This document shows, piece after piece, positions 29,287 to 37,247 of a stretch of DNA of 46,128 nucleotides. The stretch is from Christensenellaceae bacterium (GTDB lineage Bacteria > Bacillota > Clostridia > Christensenellales > DTU072), in NCBI GenBank assembly GCA_031278175.1, contig JAITLB010000229.1, positions 1 to 46,128 on the forward strand. Direction: 5' to 3'. The stretch's first letter is position 1, and the number at the start of each line of letters is the position of its first letter. Position numbers and translations under genes: made by a program. The notes beneath the pieces are model-generated. The model searched no databases, was not told the DNA's origin, and worked only from the letters and a program-made list of their open reading frames with translations.

Positions 29287-30893
29287 TATCTGTATCCTCC
29301 TTTCCCTGCGACAGTCAGTTTAGAAAATTGTTTGCGTTCAAAGAATGCAAATAGATAAGCAAGGATGAGACCGAGCGGTACAAAACCAGTATATTTTATT
29401 AATGTTCTTCTAATAGCTAACCAAGGATAATACTTTGGCATATATTCATTTTCGATATCTAATCGATTGAAGAGTGCCGTGATTTCATCATATGACATCG
29501 GAGGATTCCCAGAACTGTCCATTGTAACTTTACCAACACTATCTCCGATCAAAACCGTTCCTAAAACAGCCCCGTGCTTAGTACCGAAATATTTTGCGTA
29601 AGCATAGGTTCTAAGTTCTTTGTTTTGAATAAAAAACATTTTGGGATAAGTTGTTGGTGATTGATAATAAGATAAAGTGCCAATCACTTCCATAATATCG
29701 TTGATACCAATAGTAACAACAATTGGGTTACCATCCTCATCTAACATGGGCTTACCATTTTCATCTTTAGGGTTCAATAATCCGCTTGAATTTACGATAT
29801 CCAAAATGTTTTCAAGACTCAAATTTTTGTTTTCAAGTGCATCAGATATAGCACCGATTGTGCCAGCATCAAGCCCAAGCTGATCACCCGCAGCCAAAAG
29901 TGCTTTCAATAAATCATTTACGCGCTTATTTTCAAGTAGGTTAGCTAGCAATGTGTCGACAACGGCAGTAAGCTCATCTGCTGTGAGATAATAATGTGGT
30001 GCATACATCCAGTACGGATCATAGTAATTATCGCCTACCTTAATTTTTTGAGATTCATCAGTTGCTGGCGCATCAAGCACAGGAGCATCTCCATATGCAC
30101 GCTTATATTCAGCAGTATTCTGATATTGCTTCCAAAGCGATCCAGCTTCATCTAGTTTTTCCAGTTCTTTCTCTAGTTCTGCATCGGCATCTAAGTTATC
30201 GGCAGCAAACTTCGCCCGCGTCTCGTGATATACTTCCAAGATATAACGTGCTTGCTTGACACCAACAACGAAAGCGTCAGCGTATAAACCATTCATGCTA
30301 TAGACACCACCAGCTTCTTCTGCACCAAAAACATAGTGTTGCATTGTTGCAAACCCGTCAAGATATATATTCGAGACGAGATCGGAAGTGGTTGGGGTAT
30401 TATCAAAATTGTTACCTTTCTTTGACCCAGTGTCACCATTTAAATTGTACGTGTTTGAAAAAGTACCACTTGCGGAATTGTGCGAACTTAAGCGTGATGA
30501 AAAATCCATTACCTGTGTTTCGTATCTTGCGAAACTATATCCGCGTTCAGCATACTCTTCTTCTAGTTTTTCGAATTCGCTTTTAACTGTGAATTCCATG
30601 TACAATGTTGGTGCCAAAACAACAGCGGAGGCCACAATGACTACAATCAATGCTCTGACGTAGAATTCACGACGACGCAAGAAAATTCCTACGATAATCT
30701 GTAAGGCGATTACTCCTAAAAAACCATAATAAATGACATTATAACCATTTTTTGAGACACCAACATTGGTGATGTCTTTCTTTAAAAGGTATAAGAGCAA
30801 AGGAAAGCCAATTGCGTATGCGGCTATTTTTAAAACGCGCCAAAGCACTAGTTTAGCCTTAATCGCGTTAAGGTTATTGCCCATTCTGAACAC
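29286..30893 (-). CDS. Hypothetical membrane protein (3 N-terminal TM, large acidic domain, C-terminal TM)
   Basis: 535-aa ORF with AAGGAG RBS; the start may be GTG 30893 or ATG 30884. Confidence 0.8.
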   Translation of the reverse strand: MFRMGNNLNAIKAKLVLWRVLKIAAYAIGFPLLLYLLKKDITNVGVSKNGYNVIYYGFLGVIALQIIVGIFLRRREFYVRALIVVIVASAVVLAPTLYMEFTVKSEFEKLEEEYAERGYSFARYETQVMDFSSRLSSHNSASGTFSNTYNLNGDTGSKKGNNFDNTPTTSDLVSNIYLDGFATMQHYVFGAEEAGGVYSMNGLYADAFVVGVKQARYILEVYHETRAKFAADNLDADAELEKELEKLDEAGSLWKQYQNTAEYKRAYGDAPVLDAPATDESQKIKVGDNYYDPYWMYAPHYYLTADELTAVVDTLLANLLENKRVNDLLKALLAAGDQLGLDAGTIGAISDALENKNLSLENILDIVNSSGLLNPKDENGKPMLDEDGNPIVVTIGINDIMEVIGTLSYYQSPTTYPKMFFIQNKELRTYAYAKYFGTKHGAVLGTVLIGDSVGKVTMDSSGNPPMSYDEITALFNRLDIENEYMPKYYPWLAIRRTLIKYTGFVPLGLILAYLFAFFERKQFSKLTVAGKGGYR

Positions 30894-30936
30894 TTCTCCT
30901 TAAATATATTTGCGTCGACTATTCGACATCCACAAT

Positions 30937-30965
30937 ATTTTAATATAAGAATCGCAACATGTCAA
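30937..30965 (-). promoter_or_regulatory. Sigma-70 promoter of the membrane-protein pair
   Basis: TTGACA-17bp-TAAAAT, about 45 bp upstream of the start. Confidence 0.65.
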
Positions 30966-31096
30966 TATTGGATTTAAATATAGAATAAAAAAATTTCAAA
31001 ATTTACTAAAATTTCCTATTTTTGAGTGAATTTAAGCTGACAGCTCACGTTGAGCGCCTTCCCATTGTAGTATGTGCAAGAAATTTAACTTTATAG

Positions 31097-31876
31097 TTAT
31101 TTGTCATTATCTGTTAGAGCACTCTCGTACTCCACATGTACTAAGCACAGCCCTTTCGCTGGTAATGTTTTGAAATTGATGTCTCTTTTCCCGCTTGCTA
31201 GCATTTTTGAAATATCATCAATTTTCATTTGTTGTTTGCCTACAGCAATAAGCGCACCGACAAGCATCCGCACCATTTTGTACAGAAAGCCATTCCCAGT
31301 AATTGAGAAACTAATCTCGTCAGATGCCTGTTGTATTGAAACATCATAGATTTCGCGCGTTGTAGTTTTGACACTGCGCGAATAGGCAGAAAATGCTGCA
31401 AAATCGTGGGTTCCAAGGAGGATAGTGATCGCTTGCTTGATTAGTTCTATGTTTAAAGGTGGAAATACGCGCTCCGCAAAGCGCGTTTTGAGAGGTTGGA
31501 TCGTATTTGACAAATAAATCGTATATTTGTATGTTTTACGTTTTGTAGAATATTGAGCGTGAAAGTCGCTTGAAACAAATTTGCACTCCCTAATTTTTAT
31601 GTCGTCAGGGAGTAAGGAGTTTAAAGCATACATGATTTTTTCAGCTGTGTTGTTTGTTACACAGTCAAAATGGGCTGTCTGTCCTAGCGCATGGACACCC
31701 GAATCAGTGCGGCCACTTCCAGTTAAGCAGATTTTTGTTTGGAATAAAACACTGAGTGCCACTTCAATAACCGCTTGTATTGAGAGTGCATTTGATTGTC
31801 TTTGCCAACCCGCATAAGAAGTTCCATCGTATTCTACACGGATGAGAACTCTCTTGGGTGTTAATTCTAGTAGCAT
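31097..31876 (-). CDS. truA: tRNA pseudouridine(38-40) synthase
   Basis: YDGTSYAGWQRQ, GSGRTDSGVHALGQ, GTHDF, GNGFLYKMVR; GAGGAGG RBS before ATG 31876. Confidence 0.95.
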   Translation of the reverse strand: MLLELTPKRVLIRVEYDGTSYAGWQRQSNALSIQAVIEVALSVLFQTKICLTGSGRTDSGVHALGQTAHFDCVTNNTAEKIMYALNSLLPDDIKIRECKFVSSDFHAQYSTKRKTYKYTIYLSNTIQPLKTRFAERVFPPLNIELIKQAITILLGTHDFAAFSAYSRSVKTTTREIYDVSIQQASDEISFSITGNGFLYKMVRMLVGALIAVGKQQMKIDDISKMLASGKRDINFKTLPAKGLCLVHVEYESALTDNDK

Positions 31877-32050
31877 ATTGCGCCTCCTCAAGCGTGACGT
31901 ATAACAAAGATAAGGTTAAAAAATCGATTTCGAGCAGAGTAAACCTCGTTTATGTGCTAGTCTTTAAAAAAGCGTGAATATCAACAAAAATGAACAAGTG
32001 TTTGCATTTGCCAATATTTCTTCAAATAAAACATGCAGCTAAAAATTGGG

Positions 32051-32869
32051 TCATATGCCGAATATGATCCAGATCATACTGTCGATGCGTACAACGAAAG
32101 TAATCAGAAGTGCAGCTAGAAAGAGTGCTATAAAATCGCGGATATGCAATTTTAATTCTTTCAGTTTTGTCCTATGTGGTGTAGCGTTATAACATCTAGC
32201 ATCCATAGCGGCGGCTAGGTCATCAGCGCGTCTAAACGCGGACACGAATAGAGGAATCAGTACGGGCAGTAGTGCTTTAATTCGTTTAATTAAATTGCCA
32301 GTATCAAAGTTCGCGCCACGTGCCTTTTGGGCCATAATAATTTTATCTATTTCCTCGATTAGTATAGGAATAAAACGCAGTGCTATGCTCATAGTAATGG
32401 CGATATCGTGAACAGGCACCTTTATAAGCTTAAGTGGGGACAATAGATTTTCCATGCCATCCGTTATGCTCATAGGGGTAGTTGTAAAAGTTAATAGGGA
32501 TGTGCCCGAGACCAACAAGAGCAATTTTAACGCTAGCTTAGATGCGAGTAGCAACCCCTCGTCAGTGATTACAAGAAATCTCCAAGACCATAAGGTATTG
32601 CCACTCTTGTTAAAAAACACATTCATAATGCCTGTAAAGATAATGATAAAGAAAATACCTTTGATGCTTTTTAGAACTTTACTGAACGGAATTTTGGATG
32701 TCGCAATAGCAATAGCTAAAAACACTACAACTGGCAGATATGATAAAAGGCTTTTTGTTAGAAAAACACCTACTACAAACAAGATTACGAATATGAGTTT
32801 AACTCGCGGATCCAATTTATGCAAAACGGAGTTAGCTGGATAATATTGACCAAACGCGACATCTCTCAT
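32051..32869 (-). CDS. ecfT: ECF transporter transmembrane T component
   Basis: LHKLDPRVK, IALRFIP, AQKARG, AMDARCY. Confidence 0.93.
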   Translation of the reverse strand: MRDVAFGQYYPANSVLHKLDPRVKLIFVILFVVGVFLTKSLLSYLPVVVFLAIAIATSKIPFSKVLKSIKGIFFIIIFTGIMNVFFNKSGNTLWSWRFLVITDEGLLLASKLALKLLLLVSGTSLLTFTTTPMSITDGMENLLSPLKLIKVPVHDIAITMSIALRFIPILIEEIDKIIMAQKARGANFDTGNLIKRIKALLPVLIPLFVSAFRRADDLAAAMDARCYNATPHRTKLKELKLHIRDFIALFLAALLITFVVRIDSMIWIIFGI

Positions 32870-33720
32870 TTTAGTCCCTCCTTTGCATTAATGATAGCAT
32901 TGGCGAGTTCAGTTGTAGTAAGTGGTGTGCCTGTTTCTATACCACGCTCACGCAGCATATTTGATATTTTTACACAATGTGGAGGTTCTAGTCCTGTATC
33001 TGTAAAAGCGCTAGAATCTGCGAATAATTCAACAGGGGTACAATCTCGAATAAGTCTGCCATTATTCATAACTAAAACCCTTTGCGTATACTCAGCAATT
33101 TCGTCCATGTTGTGACTTATCATGATTACTGTTTTAATGTAATTGCCTTTAATTTGAGCTATCAGATTGAGCATTTCTCGTTTTCCAGCTGGGTCCAATC
33201 CTGCTGTAGGTTCGTCAAGCACTAAGATTTTAGGACGGCACGCTAACACTCCTGCTATAGCGGCGCGACGACGTTGCCCACCCGATAATTCAAAAGGTGA
33301 TCTGTTTTTCACTTCATCAAAATCGAGTCCTACTAGACGTATCGACTCCTCAGCTGCTATTTTAGCATCGCTAAGAGTTGCTCCAAAATTTAATGGGCCA
33401 AAGCATACGTCTTGTAATACTGTGTCAGCAAACAACTGATACTCAGGATATTGAAAGAGCATCCCCACACTGCGACGTAACCGTTTAAGGTCAGGTCTTT
33501 TTGCCGTGAGATCTATATCATAAACTTTGACTGATCCGCTAGTTATGCGTATTAATCCGTTCAAATGCTGTATGAGTGTAGATTTGCCCGACCCTGTAGA
33601 ACCAATAATGCCTACTGTTTCGCCCTCGGTTATCTCAAAAGATACGTTTTGAATTGCAACTTTTGCAAATGAAGTTTTAGGGGCATACGTAAATGATAAG
33701 TCGCTTACTACAATTGACAT
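32866..33720 (-). CDS. ecfA2: ECF transporter ATPase A'
   Basis: GSTGSGKST, FQYPEYQLF, SPFELSGGQ, LDEP. Confidence 0.93.
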   Translation of the reverse strand: MSIVVSDLSFTYAPKTSFAKVAIQNVSFEITEGETVGIIGSTGSGKSTLIQHLNGLIRITSGSVKVYDIDLTAKRPDLKRLRRSVGMLFQYPEYQLFADTVLQDVCFGPLNFGATLSDAKIAAEESIRLVGLDFDEVKNRSPFELSGGQRRRAAIAGVLACRPKILVLDEPTAGLDPAGKREMLNLIAQIKGNYIKTVIMISHNMDEIAEYTQRVLVMNNGRLIRDCTPVELFADSSAFTDTGLEPPHCVKISNMLRERGIETGTPLTTTELANAIINAKEGLK

Positions 33721-34538
33721 ACTGCCTCCGCTAATTCTATATCAGTTAAGACAATAGGCACATTAAGACCCGCCTCGTTCAATTTAAGTGCAACTTCTGT
33801 AGCATGCGGGAATTCCAAACCAGCACTTTTTATAATTGCTGTCTCCTTAAATACGTTCAATGGTGTATCGTTTGCGACAATTGATCCGTTATTTAGTACA
33901 ACTATTCGATCGACATCGACTGTTTCATCCATGTAATGTGTTATTAGAATTACAGTCATTTTCTTTTCTTTGTTAAGTTTGCGTGCTGTATCCATGACCT
34001 CGGCTCTACCGCGAGGATCGAGCATTGCTGTCGCTTCATCTAAAATCAACACTTCAGGCGACATCGCAAGCACGGCAGCGATTGCAACACGTTGCTTTTG
34101 CCCACCTGAGAGCTTTTGAGTAGTTCGCAACCGATGTTCGGTCATGCCGACAACGCTTAATACCCAATCAACGCGTTTGCGAATTTCGTCTCTTTCAATG
34201 CCAAGGTTTTCAGGTCCGAATGCGAGGTCATCCTCAATTATTGTCGCCACCATTTGATTGTCAGGATTTTGAAACACTAAACCTACTTTGCTACGTATGT
34301 TGAATGAATGATCCTCATTTGAAGTTAGCATGCCATCTACTATGACTTCGCCTGTATCTGGTACAAGCGAAGCATTCAAAAGTTTTGCGAGTGTTGATTT
34401 TCCACTGCCGTTACGTCCTAGTATAGCAACGAACTCACCTCGGTGAATATCTAAGTTTATTGCTGACACGCCACGCACAATTTGATCATCGCTTTGATAA
34501 TTGACGCTAGCGTCTTTAATTTGTATAATTGTATCCAA
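33708..34538 (-). CDS. ecfA1: ECF transporter ATPase A
   Basis: GRNGSGKST, FQNPDNQ, LSGGQKQR, LDEATAMLDP. Confidence 0.93.
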   Translation of the reverse strand: MDTIIQIKDASVNYQSDDQIVRGVSAINLDIHRGEFVAILGRNGSGKSTLAKLLNASLVPDTGEVIVDGMLTSNEDHSFNIRSKVGLVFQNPDNQMVATIIEDDLAFGPENLGIERDEIRKRVDWVLSVVGMTEHRLRTTQKLSGGQKQRVAIAAVLAMSPEVLILDEATAMLDPRGRAEVMDTARKLNKEKKMTVILITHYMDETVDVDRIVVLNNGSIVANDTPLNVFKETAIIKSAGLEFPHATEVALKLNEAGLNVPIVLTDIELAEAVCQL

Positions 34539-34580
34539 ATTACCCCTTTTATAAAATAGATTAAAAACAAGTAGACACTT

Positions 34581-35783
34581 CTATGGAACCAGACCGCCCT
34601 CATATTTACGTGACTTATGTTCTAAGCAAGCGTGTAAGATTGTTTTGACATCATCTTTTGAGAATTTTTTTGCGTAGCTAGTTGGATATACAATCACGGT
34701 ATTAGCAAGCATTTCTATCGCACTTTCGGAAATGTTGACATCTTGTAATTTTGTTGGAGCACCTATGGCTCTGAAAAAATCTTTTAATGCGTATATTCCA
34801 TCTAATGCAACTTCTGCATCAGTTTTTCCTTTGTACTTGACACCCATCACAACTCGAGCAAAACGCGCAAATTTGGGTATTGCTGACTTATAAACGAACT
34901 CAAGGTAGTTAGGATGTACAATCGCTAATCCTGCACCATGTGGAATATCGTAGAAAGCCGATAATGCGTGCTCTATTTGATGACTCATCCAATCACCTTC
35001 TTTTCCTAAGCTCAACAAACCGTTTAAGGCAAGTGAAGTGCACCACATTAAATTTGCTTTTGCAGTGTAGTCATGAGAACTCGATAATAGTTGAAAATAA
35101 CTAGAAATTATGTTTTTCAAAATCGCTTCGGCTAAATCATCGCTCAGATTTGAATCATCGGGTTTGGAAAAATAAACTTCTAGTATATGTGAGATTGCAT
35201 CTATTGTTCCATATGTTGTCTGGTCATGCGACAGTGTATAGGTATATGTTGGATCGAGTATTGAGAATTTAGGATAAAGAAGTGGATTACTATAAGCTAA
35301 TTTCAATTTGTTTTCAAAATCGGAGATAACCCCACCACAATTCATTTCGCTGCCTGTTCCAGCAAGTGTTAGAATAGATGCTAAGGGGAGTGCATCGTAG
35401 CACTCTTCTTGATTTACTAGAAAAGCATGCCAAAAATCACGATCGGTTTTTGTGCCAGCAGCAATGAATTTAGAGCAGTCAATGACACTACCACCACCGA
35501 CAGCTAAAATTATGTCAATTTTGTGTTTGCGACAAAGGTGTATGCCCTCGTAAACTTTTTCTTTGCGTGGGTTCGGCATTATCCCAGATAATTCATACAC
35601 ACATTTACCCGATTTTTTTAGTATATCCATTGTGGCATCATAAATGCCGCTTTTTTTTATACTTCCCATTCCGTAGGTAAGTAAAATGTTTTTGCCATAA
35701 GGTTTGAGTGCATCACCCAAATATCGAATAGCATTTTCGCCAAAATATATTTTCGTTGGATTCTGAAAGATAAAAGAATTCAT
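34581..35783 (-). CDS. Iron-containing alcohol dehydrogenase (butanol dehydrogenase/YqhD-like)
   Basis: FQNPTKIYFG, GIMPNP, GGGSVID, GTGSEMN, DWMSHQIEHALSA..PHGAGL. Confidence 0.9.
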   Translation of the reverse strand: MNSFIFQNPTKIYFGENAIRYLGDALKPYGKNILLTYGMGSIKKSGIYDATMDILKKSGKCVYELSGIMPNPRKEKVYEGIHLCRKHKIDIILAVGGGSVIDCSKFIAAGTKTDRDFWHAFLVNQEECYDALPLASILTLAGTGSEMNCGGVISDFENKLKLAYSNPLLYPKFSILDPTYTYTLSHDQTTYGTIDAISHILEVYFSKPDDSNLSDDLAEAILKNIISSYFQLLSSSHDYTAKANLMWCTSLALNGLLSLGKEGDWMSHQIEHALSAFYDIPHGAGLAIVHPNYLEFVYKSAIPKFARFARVVMGVKYKGKTDAEVALDGIYALKDFFRAIGAPTKLQDVNISESAIEMLANTVIVYPTSYAKKFSKDDVKTILHACLEHKSRKYEGGLVP

Positions 35784-35963
35784 TTTGTACTCTCCTGTGT
35801 TATTTGGTGATATATGATTTCATAGTGCTGTGTGAAAGCATACGGGCCTTACAACGTGTGTAAGACTATGTTTGAATTTGACTTGGTTGCAAACTCACGG
35901 TTTAATATTATATGTGTCATTGACAGCAGATGTCCAAAAGTTGTTTTGTGATAGCAATGGACT

Positions 35964-36290
35964 TTAAGATTGTAAATAGGCTTTTACTTCTTCAATAGTA
36001 CCGTTGAGCGCAAGTCTATACTCATCAAGTGTTTTTTGATCTAGATTGCCAGCGCGCAATTGATTCATTAAGCTTGTGCTTAACGGGAATAGTGGTTCCA
36101 TAGCAAGATTTCCTACAATTCCCTTAATCGCGTGCGCTACATCTCCAGCGAGTTTATAATCCTTTGCTTCTAAAGCAGTTTCAAAGTCTGCAAATTGAGG
36201 ACTATCTAAAAACATTTTTAGTAGTCTCTTATATAGTCCTACATTGTTACGCATGCGTAACATCGCCGTATTCATATCGATATATATCAT
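35964..36290 (-). CDS. Stand-alone histidine phosphotransfer (Hpt) protein
   Basis: LYKRLLKMF..AHAIKGIVGNL (H-x-[IL]-KG motif); own promoter TTGATT-17-TATTAT at 36378-36406. Confidence 0.85.
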   Translation of the reverse strand: MIYIDMNTAMLRMRNNVGLYKRLLKMFLDSPQFADFETALEAKDYKLAGDVAHAIKGIVGNLAMEPLFPLSTSLMNQLRAGNLDQKTLDEYRLALNGTIEEVKAYLQS

Positions 36291-37247
36291 AGAACGACCC
36301 TCGCATAGATTTTAATCTTATATTTAATGCACATGCAAAAATAGTTAGCAAGTCTTAGATTAAAATTTGCCAATGTAATAATATCAAACTAATCGCAAAT
36401 AATCAAGCATCAAGTAAGTAAATAACCTATTACACACAATAACAAAAAAGATAGAATTCCCGCAGCAACCACGCAATCGCCTTGAGAAGTGGATTGAAAT
36501 GTCGGAAAGCGCGAAAAGAGTTGTTGTAATTTAAAAACTCCGAAGCGCGAGATCAAGACTTGCGCACAACATAGTTTGCAATAATAAAAATGTCATAACT
36601 TACTGCAGACACATTGATATGCTACTTGCTAGTGCGCAATAACAAATAAGCAAATAGTAGGTTTTTCTCAATACAAACAACTTGATAAAACCGTCTGAGC
36701 ATTACGAAAAGAGTTAGTCTCGCAATTTGCATTGGATTTTTGAGGGAATGGTTAGCCCAAATAGAGATGCAGTAAAATCAGGGCGGTTGTGAGCGCAAAA
36801 CAGGTTACCTGCTAAAACGCATTAACTAAATAAGATAAGAGGTGTGGAAGAATGTAAAATCGATATTTCCAAAATGCCAAAGTTAAATGAGCATGATATT
36901 AGAAAGTGACTCTATATCAACAAACAAATAATGCAACAATATATTTGATAAGCAAATAAAATGGGAAAATGGTAAGAACGACTTTTATATTCTTGCTTAA
37001 GTACAGGCGGGGGTGAAAAGCTTTATGATTACAACTAAAAAGCAAGTAATACTCTACCTCTCTTAAGAATACAGTCTAGAAAAGAGGCAAGCATTTGAGA
37101 AGATGGCATTTAAGAGTTGTATGGTGGTATAAATTAGCGACACAATAATGCACACTTGTCTAATTTGCGAACTAATCAGTGTGGCAAATGCTTGCCGAGA
37201 TCAACAATAGTAAGTGTTTAGGGAATTTAACAATAAGAAAGAGTATC

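Noticed and set aside
36465-36500. GTGGATTGAAAT resembling a type I-C CRISPR repeat end
   Set aside because: Single occurrence, no second repeat at spacer distance, no cas genes.
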